From assembly GCA_965649205.1 (NCBI GenBank), contig CBFGJV010000016.1, positions 1 to 60,112 on the forward strand: 60,112 bases of DNA, in the 5' to 3' direction. The position numbers were made by a program, and so were the translations under genes. Positions 10,089 through 18,812 of this stretch are shown here, piece after piece (position 1 is the stretch's first letter; each line of letters starts with the position of its first letter). Source of the DNA: a candidate division WOR-3 bacterium (lineage in GTDB: Bacteria; Hydrothermota; Tepidihabitantia; Tepidihabitantales; Tepidihabitantaceae). A model generated the notes under the pieces. The model had not been told where the DNA came from and did not search any database. It was given only the letters and a program-made list of their open reading frames with translations.

Positions 10089-11017
10089 AGCCTGCGGTAG
10101 TATTCTAGGAGGTCGGCCAGGGTTTTCTGGAAGGGAATTTCGGGTTTCCAGCCGGTTGTGGTCTGGAACTTGGCCGGACTGCCGGTGAGGAGTGGTATAT
10201 CTTGCTGCCGCACCAGCCCAGGTGACACACTTACGGTTATGGGTTTTCTAGCCAGAGTGCATAGGTAGTCGATCATTTCCCGTAGGAGTATCGGTTTTCC
10301 CGAAGTCACGTTATAGACTTCGCCGCCCTGACAACGAGCGAGGGCCGCCGAGTAGGCTCGCACTATGTCGCGTACGTCACAGTAATCGCGACGTATGTCC
10401 AGATTGCCCAGTTCAACCACTGGCGGTCGCTCGCCTCGTTCGGCCAGAGCAATTGCCTTCGCCACCTTGGGAAAAACAAAGCTGGGTGTCTGACCCGGAC
10501 CGGTGTGACTGAAGGGACGGAGGATGACAATGTCCATTCCGTGGGAGCGGTGGTAATAACGCCCGGCTTCTTCGGCGAGCAGCTTGCTGAGAGCATACGA
10601 ACTTACAGGCAAGGTAGGGTCCGATTCGGACAGGGGCCGTCCTACCGAAGAGCGGCCATAGACGTCTGCCGAGGAGATTAGCAGAATGCGACAGGGGAGG
10701 TTCAGGACTCTGATTGCTTCCAGAAGCTTGATCGTGCCCAATACATTCACTTCGTAAGTGGACAGAACACGTTCTTGGGAAGCGGCAACCGAACTCACGC
10801 CAGCCAGATGGATAATGGAACTGGGCCTAGTTTTCTCCAGAAGAGAAAGGACAGCAGGGTAGTCACAGACGTCGCCCCGGTACAGTTCGGCAGGAAGGGG
10901 TTCTGTGACTGCCGCCCAGTGCAGACCTATAACCTGCCAGCCTTCTTCTGACAATTGTTTGGCCAGATGTTTGCCGACAAAACCTTCGATTCCGGTAATG
11001 AGAACGCGGTTCATCAA
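10085..11017 (-). CDS. NDP-sugar epimerase/reductase (Rmd-like SDR)
   Basis: ITGxxGFVG, HLAG, YALSK, FSHTGPGQ, GNLDIRRDY. Confidence 0.8.
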   Translation of the reverse strand: MMNRVLITGIEGFVGKHLAKQLSEEGWQVIGLHWAAVTEPLPAELYRGDVCDYPAVLSLLEKTRPSSIIHLAGVSSVAASQERVLSTYEVNVLGTIKLLEAIRVLNLPCRILLISSADVYGRSSVGRPLSESDPTLPVSSYALSKLLAEEAGRYYHRSHGMDIVILRPFSHTGPGQTPSFVFPKVAKAIALAERGERPPVVELGNLDIRRDYCDVRDIVRAYSAALARCQGGEVYNVTSGKPILLREMIDYLCTLARKPITVSVSPGLVRQQDIPLLTGSPAKFQTTTGWKPEIPFQKTLADLLEYYRRL

Positions 11018-11036
11018 GAGCCCGGCCGCTCAGGTT

Positions 11037-11990
11037 TCAGACTCGAGCGCGCCAGTAATTCAGCAGGTCCGTAAGGGTCTGTTCCAGCTTGTAGCGTCTG
11101 ACCCAGCCGGTACGTTTTTCCAGCTTGGTCGGGTCTCCTATCAGCAGTTCCACGTCGCTGGGGCGCATTCGTTCCGGATCCTGACGTACCTCGATCTTTC
11201 TGCGGCTCAGACTGAGCAACATTTCAAGAATTTCCCTGATTTTCCATCCTTTGCCGGTAGCCACATTGTAAACCTCGCCTGGTTCTCCTTTTTCAAGAGC
11301 CAAATGGTAGGCCACTACTGTGTCTCGCACGTCGGTGAAGTCGCGCACTGCGTTCAAGTTACCCGTGTAGAGTACAGGCTCCCGTTTCTCGGCTTCGATT
11401 TCTGCTATCTGCTTGGCGAAGTTGGAGGTGGCAAATACTTCCCCACGCCGCGGACCGGTATGGTTGAAGCCGCGGGTGCGTACGACGGGGAGGTGATAAC
11501 TCTGGAAATACTGGTAACCCATCAGGTCCTGAGCTACTTTGGATACTCCGTACGGACTCAGGGGACGTAGTGGGTTTGTCTCCTTGATGGGGGTTTCGTT
11601 GGGCAAAACCATTCCGTACTCTTCGCTGGAGCCGGCTATTTGAACTGGGCAGTCCGGTCGTTCCTGGCGCAGAGCTTCCAGCAGATTTGACTGACAGATG
11701 ATGTTGGTCATCAGGGTTTCAGCCGGAGCCAGCCAGGACATCGGCACATAGCTCTGAGCAGCCAGATGGAAGACGCGGTCGGGCTTTACATTGCGGATAA
11801 GCAATAGAGTACTTGTGGCATCGCGCAGGTCACAGATGTGGAGTCGCAGCCGATTACGAATGTGGTCAATGTTTTCTGTGCGCGAACGCCAGCGGATTGT
11901 GCCATGTACCTCACTGTTCTCGAGGGTAAGCAGGTACTCCGCCAGATGGCTGCCGGCAAAACCTGTAATACCGGTAATCAAGTATTTCAA
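11037..11990 (-). CDS. gmd: GDP-mannose 4,6-dehydratase family protein
   Basis: ITGITGFAGSHL, HLAAQSYV, SSEEYG, SPYGVSK, FNHTGPRRG, RPSDV. Confidence 0.8.
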   Translation of the reverse strand: MKYLITGITGFAGSHLAEYLLTLENSEVHGTIRWRSRTENIDHIRNRLRLHICDLRDATSTLLLIRNVKPDRVFHLAAQSYVPMSWLAPAETLMTNIICQSNLLEALRQERPDCPVQIAGSSEEYGMVLPNETPIKETNPLRPLSPYGVSKVAQDLMGYQYFQSYHLPVVRTRGFNHTGPRRGEVFATSNFAKQIAEIEAEKREPVLYTGNLNAVRDFTDVRDTVVAYHLALEKGEPGEVYNVATGKGWKIREILEMLLSLSRRKIEVRQDPERMRPSDVELLIGDPTKLEKRTGWVRRYKLEQTLTDLLNYWRARV

Positions 11991-12047
11991 GCTACCTCCA
12001 GTGCAAATGCAGGTTCAAAGATTACAGCCTTAGATTATGTAAGAGTT

Positions 12048-12278
12048 CTAGTCTGCAGTGGTCAGCTCCGCGCCTGCGGTTGAGCGGGTTCCGGCCTTTT
12101 CTACTTTACCCGAGCGCAGGCATCTAGTACACACCCACAGCCGTTTACTGGCGCTGCCGGTCTTTACCCGTACGCGCTGAAGGTTGGGTTCCCAGCGGCG
12201 CTTGGTTACGTTGTGTGCGTGGCTGATGTTGGAGCCGACTGAACCTACTTTACCGCAGATTTCACAATGTTTAGCCAA
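12048..12278 (-). CDS. rpmB: 50S ribosomal protein L28 (Zn-binding type)
   Basis: CEICGK...[20 protein letters not shown]...[11 protein letters not shown] start at 12278 preceded by AGGAGG. Confidence 0.95.
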   Translation of the reverse strand: MAKHCEICGKVGSVGSNISHAHNVTKRRWEPNLQRVRVKTGSASKRLWVCTRCLRSGKVEKAGTRSTAGAELTTAD

Positions 12279-12313
12279 GAGTCCTCCTGAAATTATAGCG
12301 CTGTTCTGGCCTG

Positions 12314-12341
12314 AGCATAGCCGAAATCCTTTGAGTGTCAA
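12314..12341 (-). promoter_or_regulatory. sigma70-like promoter for rpmB
   Basis: Minus strand TTGACA-N16-TATGCT; a divergent TTGACA at 12388 faces the next gene. Confidence 0.5.
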
Positions 12342-12440
12342 CCGCAAGCCTTCTTACTGAAAGTGTCACTGTCCCGGTTGGTTTTTCTTGACAGATGCGC
12401 TTCGGTGAGAATATTAGTATGACTAACGCAGGAGGTTTTT

Positions 12441-14021
12441 ATGAAAAAGCTTGTTCTGCTCGTACTGACCGTGGCAGTTCTTGCCAGTGGTGCCAATAAC
12501 GTCAGCATTGAGCGTATTGATGCGGTTCCGGGCAAGATGAATCTGCAAGGCTTTCTTACTACCGCCGAAGGCGTCCCGGTCGACGGTATCCGGGCCATGG
12601 TGTTTCGAATCTATCGCGACAACGTATTACAGTGGGAAGAAAGCCAAGATGTAAATGTGCGTCAGGGGCTTTTCTCGGCTAACTTAGGCACGGTGGTTCC
12701 GATTCCGGCTATCATTTTTTCCAGTGGTTCGCTTCACGAGCTGGAAATACTTGTCACCGGGCAGGCTCTCACGCCGCGCCTGACTCTGACCAGCACAGGG
12801 TTCTCATTCCGTACAGCCGGCTTGGAGCGGCCTTTGACGCCGGCCTTGGCGGAAAACGAGATTGCCGATGGTGCGGTGACTATGGCTAAGATAAATCGTT
12901 CTGGTGCCAATCCGGGACAGGTAATCAAATGGACCGGTTCTGCCTGGGCACCCCGGGATGACAGCGCGGGAGGAGGTGGTGGCGTCAGTTCGGTGGCTCA
13001 GGGTCGCGGTATTGTCTGTGTGCCTAATCCCATAGTTGCTACCGGTACAGTGCGTCTGGATACCTTGTACGTGGACAATCGTTATATCCGTAATCAGTCG
13101 ACAACTGAGCAGGAGGCAGATTTCCTTATCTCCGGTGCAGGTCAGGCTGAGCAGTTTGCCGGTCTCAGCAGTACCGAGGATGTACCTGGAATCTATGGGG
13201 CGGGTGGTCAGTACTGCACCGGTACTTATGGAGAAGCAGAAAGCGGTGACTGGGCTGGGGTCACGGGCGCTAATGAGGTCACAGGCGGAGTAGGGGTGGT
13301 TGGCTTTGGCAGTCTTTTTGGGGTGGCTGGACAGGTGGAAAACGCGAGCGGATGTGCTGTGTTCGGGGGCAATTTCGCCAGAACCGGAACCGGCATCATA
13401 GGCGCAGGTAACAACAGTCCTGGCCAGTATCTGACGGATGGCAGCGGAGGAGCTTTTACCGGCAGCAAGATAGGGGCGTTTGGCTACTGTTCTAATACGT
13501 CCGGTAACCGCGGTGGTGGCTACTTTGCTGAGCCGGGCGGCGGGTTTGCCTGGGTGGCAGCAAATGTAGGAGGGGTGACTTACAAGATAGGCGGTCAGGG
13601 ACAGGTATCGACAACCATGAAGACGCGGGCCGGAGATAAGGCTTTGTTTGCCTCTGAGATGCCTTCTCCATATCTCGAGGATTGCGGTCGTGGTCGGCTG
13701 GAGAATGGCCACTGCCGGGTAGATTTGGAAGACCTGTTTTCAGACTGCGTTACGGTTAGCGAACAGCATCCCTTGCTGGTGTTTATTCAGCTCAATGACG
13801 AATGCAACGGTGTATATGTGAAAACAGACAGTCGGGGTTTTGACGTGTACGAACTGGGCGGGGGACGTAGTTCGGCGGAATTCACTTGGCGAGCCCTGGC
13901 ACGTTGGAAGGGTTATGAAAACATAAGAATGCCCGACGGTCTACCTCGGCTGGAAGTAATGCCGACAGATAGACTTCGGGTCAACAAGGAAGTGAAAACA
14001 GCAACGGAGCGGATACGATGA
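12441..14021 (+). CDS. Secreted fibre/adhesin-like protein with Gly-rich repeats
   Basis: Signal peptide; N-terminal domain (xQGxL...WEE...GLFSxNLG...PR); IADGAVTxAKI and GQVIKWTGSAW fibre-like motifs; GVxG repeats; tail-fibre-like C-terminal domain. Confidence 0.55.
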   Translation: MKKLVLLVLTVAVLASGANNVSIERIDAVPGKMNLQGFLTTAEGVPVDGIRAMVFRIYRDNVLQWEESQDVNVRQGLFSANLGTVVPIPAIIFSSGSLHELEILVTGQALTPRLTLTSTGFSFRTAGLERPLTPALAENEIADGAVTMAKINRSGANPGQVIKWTGSAWAPRDDSAGGGGGVSSVAQGRGIVCVPNPIVATGTVRLDTLYVDNRYIRNQSTTEQEADFLISGAGQAEQFAGLSSTEDVPGIYGAGGQYCTGTYGEAESGDWAGVTGANEVTGGVGVVGFGSLFGVAGQVENASGCAVFGGNFARTGTGIIGAGNNSPGQYLTDGSGGAFTGSKIGAFGYCSNTSGNRGGGYFAEPGGGFAWVAANVGGVTYKIGGQGQVSTTMKTRAGDKALFASEMPSPYLEDCGRGRLENGHCRVDLEDLFSDCVTVSEQHPLLVFIQLNDECNGVYVKTDSRGFDVYELGGGRSSAEFTWRALARWKGYENIRMPDGLPRLEVMPTDRLRVNKEVKTATERIR

Positions 14022-14554
14022 AGCCAATGGTCATTCTTCTGACTGTGTGTCTTATCTGGTCGGGGGGACAAGCTTACCAGTTGCAATCCTATGTGCTTAG
14101 CGGTGGTGGAAATACACACATCTATTCCTCTGGCTACCGCTGTGGGTTGTGTGCTGGTCAGACTGCCGCTTCAGGTCTTCTCAGCAGTTCTTCCTATCGT
14201 GCGGTCATAGGTTTCTGGTGCCGGCCTTATGCGCTGGGCGGTATCTGGGAATCAGAACCTGCATTCGAGAACTGGGGAAGGCTAGCACTTGATCGGTGTC
14301 AGCCCAATCCCTTCAGTGTGCGGGCGGAGCTAAGCTACATTCTGCCGGTCAGTGGCCATGTACGGCTGTCGGTGCTTGACCAAACCGGCAGAGTTGTAGA
14401 GAGACTGGTAAATGGGTACCAAGCGGCTGGCAGATATCGTGTGGTATGGGATGTTGCGCAGTCAACACGGAGACAATTGCCAGCAGGCGTTTACCTGTTA
14501 AAGTTGGAGGCACAAGGGCAGATAGCCTCTCGAAGTGTGGTTATAGCTCGTTGA
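14018..14554 (+). CDS. Small secreted protein with T9SS type A/FlgD-like C-terminal domain
   Basis: Signal peptide; PNPF...LDQTGRVV...WD...LPAGVYLLKL C-terminus; ATGA overlap with the upstream gene. Confidence 0.75.
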   Translation: MKPMVILLTVCLIWSGGQAYQLQSYVLSGGGNTHIYSSGYRCGLCAGQTAASGLLSSSSYRAVIGFWCRPYALGGIWESEPAFENWGRLALDRCQPNPFSVRAELSYILPVSGHVRLSVLDQTGRVVERLVNGYQAAGRYRVVWDVAQSTRRQLPAGVYLLKLEAQGQIASRSVVIAR

Positions 14555-14627
14555 CTTTCTGTCAAAGCTGCACTTTCGGCCTCGGGCTGCGTGTTTTCAT
14601 GATAGGATAGCGGCAACGCTGTACAAC

Positions 14628-16610
14628 TCAGAATCGTGCAACAACCAGCTTCTGAGTTACGAGTTGACTACCGCCGTCGACAGAAACGAAGTATACGCCC
14701 GTAGGTAATGGTCTATTGTGATCGTCACTGAGGTCCCAGGTAAAACGGAGGTCAGGGTTGGCAAAGTCGGGGCTGATTTGCCTTACAGTTTTCCCCGTAG
14801 CGTCGGTAATCCGTATGCGAAGTGGGAGAGTGGACGCGGCCTGGAGTCTCAGATGTACCGAATGTGCAGCAACGCTGGGCCAAAGATTGAGAAAAGGCAA
14901 GGCTGTTGCCGATTCGTGGGGGCGTACATCCGTCTGTATCTGACCCAGATAGCTTATGCCGTCCAGGGCACAGGAGGCAGAATTGGTGATTCTCAGATAA
15001 CGGGCACGGCCCAAACCGACAGCATCCAGGTCAAAACTGGCATTGCCGGTAGCATTCCCCAGCGTATACCAGGGCCCGCGCCAGTCTTCCGCTGCAGCTA
15101 GGGAGTAACTCCCCACAGCAGTGACGGTTATATCGTGGCCTAAGTGGTTGTGTACCGGCTCGTAGGGGTCCACATCGAAAATAACACTGCTTGTGCCTGA
15201 CCCTAGATGATAGAAGTTTCCGTCCGGTTCCCCTAGAGCAGCGATTACCCAGTCGTTGTAAAGGTGGTTGTCGTCGTTTCTTCTTACTGCCACAATCTTT
15301 TGCGCATGCAACCAGGTTTGGTGAGTTTTACGGTTGAGAGGTATGTTAAGCACAACCGGTGTTTCCCCGGTAACTACAATACCGGTGAGGGTACGCGGTT
15401 CATAGCCGCTAGACCAGACACGTAGAGAATACTCTCCGGGGGCAAGCATCTTGTGAAAATCCCCCGCTGGCATATTGGTGTATGTAGTCCAGCGCCAAGG
15501 GGATAAAAACTCAACCCGGGCAAAGACCGGCTGGCCAGTGACGGAATCATAGACAAAACCGCTGATGCCATATCCGGCCAGAAGACAGAAATCAACTAAT
15601 GCCCGGCGATTAACCAGACAGATAGAGTCAATGCGCGGCCGGGTGGAAGGTAAGGCGGTCTCTATGGTCCAAGCCAATCCACCAAAGGCGCCAAAGGTGC
15701 AATCCTGGCAGGAGCCGTGCACTTCGTACCAGTTGTAGCCATTTATTGGCGTGAGGCGAGTGGTAGTTGAGCCATAGGTGGAATCGGCGTAGCGACGGGA
15801 GAGACTGATTATCCACGCTGAGTCAGGCGGGTCTGCCGGATGATTGTCCCACAGGTAATTCACGTATGCCGCAGTGGAGTGATAAGCGAATTCCAGAGTG
15901 GGAATATGAGTTTCGCTGTGGCTAAAAAGGGCGCGAGTTTCGGGTTGCGAATAGGGTTCAGAGTAACTCTGCCATTCATAACCATAGTCGCGGTTTAGGT
16001 CTCGGCCTGCAGCGTTGTAGCGGGAGTTGGAGATGTGTCCGTCCGGGTTGAGAATCGGTATGATCCATACTTCGCGTTCATTGACAATGCGGGTGGCGGC
16101 CGGGTCAAGCTCATAGGCAGAACAGAGGTACTGCAGAAAGGACAGGGTTATTTCTGTAGAGATCTTCTCGTTGCCATGGTGGGCGCCGATGAGCCGGATG
16201 CGCGGTCGGCCGGTGGCCTGGCGGGGTTGATTTGTTACTTTGACTGCGGGAATCCAACGACCGCCGGCAGAGAGCCCCAAAGTCTCCGGTTGACATATGT
16301 GTGGGTATTGCTCGGCCAGTAGGCGGACTATGCTGCACACTTCTGCGTAGGTGTAGTAGGTGGCGAGGTCAAGCGCAGCCTGTTTTCTGGCGTCGGCAAC
16401 CAGAACTGTGACCCGGTATCCGAGCGAGCGCAGTTTCTCTATCGCTTCATCTGAAGCGATGGCGGTGACAAACTCTTTCTGAGCATCGGTGATGCTCAGG
16501 TCTGCAAGACGCGCCAGCTGATAAACCTCGTTGTGGGAAGCCACGTCTATGCGTATCACTCTTTCGGCTGGCAGTACAGAAACCAGGGTAATTACGGCAA
16601 TATAGAACAC
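14628..16610 (-). CDS. Secreted M14 zinc carboxypeptidase with T9SS/FlgD-like CTD
   Basis: HHGNE, NPDG, DLNRD, YHS, TIE motifs; CarboxypepD-like domain; C-terminal DATGKTVR...WD...LPTGVYF...KLVV. Confidence 0.85.
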   Translation of the reverse strand: MFYIAVITLVSVLPAERVIRIDVASHNEVYQLARLADLSITDAQKEFVTAIASDEAIEKLRSLGYRVTVLVADARKQAALDLATYYTYAEVCSIVRLLAEQYPHICQPETLGLSAGGRWIPAVKVTNQPRQATGRPRIRLIGAHHGNEKISTEITLSFLQYLCSAYELDPAATRIVNEREVWIIPILNPDGHISNSRYNAAGRDLNRDYGYEWQSYSEPYSQPETRALFSHSETHIPTLEFAYHSTAAYVNYLWDNHPADPPDSAWIISLSRRYADSTYGSTTTRLTPINGYNWYEVHGSCQDCTFGAFGGLAWTIETALPSTRPRIDSICLVNRRALVDFCLLAGYGISGFVYDSVTGQPVFARVEFLSPWRWTTYTNMPAGDFHKMLAPGEYSLRVWSSGYEPRTLTGIVVTGETPVVLNIPLNRKTHQTWLHAQKIVAVRRNDDNHLYNDWVIAALGEPDGNFYHLGSGTSSVIFDVDPYEPVHNHLGHDITVTAVGSYSLAAAEDWRGPWYTLGNATGNASFDLDAVGLGRARYLRITNSASCALDGISYLGQIQTDVRPHESATALPFLNLWPSVAAHSVHLRLQAASTLPLRIRITDATGKTVRQISPDFANPDLRFTWDLSDDHNRPLPTGVYFVSVDGGSQLVTQKLVVARF

Positions 16611-16767
16611 GAATCATAATACCAAAGAAAGAGCGGCGTTCCAGTGCTGTCTGGTTGACTTGCTGACGAAATCGGCTAGATTTGTGTGCTTTGGCCAGAC
16701 GGGCCAGGCCCAGGTACAAAATTGGAAAGAGGCGGCAGCTTCAAAGCCTATTTGTGAAAGGAGAAAA

Positions 16768-18666
16768 ATGAGCAGGTACGAAGAAATCATGAAATGTTCG
16801 CTGACTGACCCGGATGGATTCTGGGCAGAACAGGCAGAGAAGTTGTTCTGGTACAAGAAGTGGCATAAGGTGCTGGATCGGGAGCGAGAGCCATTTTATC
16901 GTTATTTCACGGGTGGCGAGACCAATATGTGCTATAACGCACTAGACCGTCACGTTGCCGCCGGACTCGGCGACAGGGTGGCGATAATCTGGGAAAGTCC
17001 CGAGACAGGACAAAGTTGTAAGATTACCTATCGTGAGTTGTTGGCCCAGGTGAATGCCTTTGCTGCGTTGCTGCGGGCACAGGGAGTCGGACAGGGTGAT
17101 CGTGTGCTAATCTACCTGCCGATGGTTCCTGAAACTGTTGTCGCCATGTTGGCTTGTTGTCGTATTGGAGCGATTCACTCGGTAGTGTTTGCCGGTTTCA
17201 GCGTTGATGCTGTGGCGGATCGCATCGATGATGCTGGGGTGAAGTTGGTTATCTGTGCCGACGGTTCGAAGCGTAAAGGCAAGGTGGTCGAACTGAAGAC
17301 AATCATAGACAAGGCGCTGCAGGTGGCCCGTAATAAGGTAGCGAAGGTGATCGTGCTGGATAGGGGGATTGTGAACTGGGAAAGGGTTCCGGACCGCGAC
17401 TTGTTGTGGAAGGAAGAAATGGCGAAGTATGCTCAAGCGCAAGTGGAGCCAGTGCCGCTGGCCAGTGACCATCCGCTTTATCTGCTTTATACCTCTGGTA
17501 CTACCGGCCGTCCTAAAGCGGTAGTGCGCGATACGGGCGGTCATATGGTTGCGCTTCATGCTTCCATGTCCCTTATCTACGGTTGCCGTGACGGAGATGT
17601 CTATTGGGCTACTTCTGATTTTGGCTGGACAGTCGGACATAGCTACATCGTGTATGGCCCGCTGCTTGCCGGTCTTACTACAGTTGTGTATGAGGGCACA
17701 CCTGACTATCCCAACCCCGGGGTCTGGTGGGAAGTTTGTGAGAAGCACCGGGTGAACGTGATGTTTTCCTCGCCGACAGCGATGAGGATGTTGCGCAAGT
17801 TTCCTGCCGATTGGTTTACTCAGCATGACCTTTCTGCTCTCCGTTACATCTTCTTGGCGGGAGAGCCGTTGGACGAGCCTACATGGAGGTGGGCAAAAGA
17901 TGCTTTGGGAAAACCAGTGATAGATCATTACTGGCAGACAGAAAGCGGTTGGCCCATGATTTCCAACATGCCTGGTGTGGAGTTGCTGGAGTTCAAGCCC
18001 GGTTCGCCGACTAAACCGGTGTATGGGTGGGATTTGCTGGTTGTGAATCAAAACGGCGAAGAAATAGAGCCTGGTCAGCGCGGACTGCTTGTTTGTCGGC
18101 CGCCCCTTCCGGCCGGCACCTTTCTGGGTATCTGGGGTGACGAGCAGCGGTACTTAGACACTTATTGGCGTCACTTCCAGAACAAGCTGCTTTTCTATAC
18201 CGGTGACTATGCCATCAGAGACAATGATGGTTACTTCTGGGTTCTGGGTAGGGCTGACGAAGTAATAAATGTGGCCGGGCACCGTCTGGGTACGCGCGAG
18301 ATAGAAGAAGTCATATCTGGTCATCCAGCTGTGGCTGAAGCCAGTGCCATAGGAGTAGATGACGAGCTCAAGGGCACGGCAGTGGTCGGTTTTGTGGTGC
18401 TCAAACAGGGGTTCGAGCCTAGCGAGGAGACACGCAAGTCTATCATCGGCCTTGTGCGAGAAAAAATCGGGCCTGTGGCTGCGCCCAAAGACGTTCAGTT
18501 CGTAAAAATGCTGCCTAAGACTCGCTCGGGCAAGGTAATGAGAAGAGTACTGAAAGGCATCTGTGAAGGTGCCAAACTTGGTGACCTGACAACCATTGAG
18601 GACGGCGCGTCAGTGGACGAGATACGTAAAGCAGTCGAGAACATGGGCGTAAACTTGAAGGGTTGA
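16768..18666 (+). CDS. prpE: Propionyl/acetyl-CoA synthetase
   Basis: NMCYNALDRH, LYTSGTTGRPK, DHYWQTESG, VAGHRLGTREIEE, LPKTRSGK; ATG at 16768 with AGGAG RBS. Confidence 0.85.
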   Translation: MSRYEEIMKCSLTDPDGFWAEQAEKLFWYKKWHKVLDREREPFYRYFTGGETNMCYNALDRHVAAGLGDRVAIIWESPETGQSCKITYRELLAQVNAFAALLRAQGVGQGDRVLIYLPMVPETVVAMLACCRIGAIHSVVFAGFSVDAVADRIDDAGVKLVICADGSKRKGKVVELKTIIDKALQVARNKVAKVIVLDRGIVNWERVPDRDLLWKEEMAKYAQAQVEPVPLASDHPLYLLYTSGTTGRPKAVVRDTGGHMVALHASMSLIYGCRDGDVYWATSDFGWTVGHSYIVYGPLLAGLTTVVYEGTPDYPNPGVWWEVCEKHRVNVMFSSPTAMRMLRKFPADWFTQHDLSALRYIFLAGEPLDEPTWRWAKDALGKPVIDHYWQTESGWPMISNMPGVELLEFKPGSPTKPVYGWDLLVVNQNGEEIEPGQRGLLVCRPPLPAGTFLGIWGDEQRYLDTYWRHFQNKLLFYTGDYAIRDNDGYFWVLGRADEVINVAGHRLGTREIEEVISGHPAVAEASAIGVDDELKGTAVVGFVVLKQGFEPSEETRKSIIGLVREKIGPVAAPKDVQFVKMLPKTRSGKVMRRVLKGICEGAKLGDLTTIEDGASVDEIRKAVENMGVNLKG

Positions 18667-18812
18667 ACCGCCAGCGTATGCAGAGTCTACTCAGGTTTCA
18701 GCCTAGCTGCCTAACAACAGGGTAGGCAATAATCAGAGCTGGGTTGACCCGGCAAGGAGAAAGTTTAGAATATCCTTGCCGGAAGAAGCTACCTAACCAA
18801 GGATGGTGATCT

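Noticed and set aside
12018..12045. dif-like site (TTATGTAA arm)
   Set aside because: Only a partial XerD-arm resemblance; the other arm does not match.
12441..14021. Prophage tail-fibre gene
   Set aside because: Has a signal peptide and no neighbouring phage genes or integrase.
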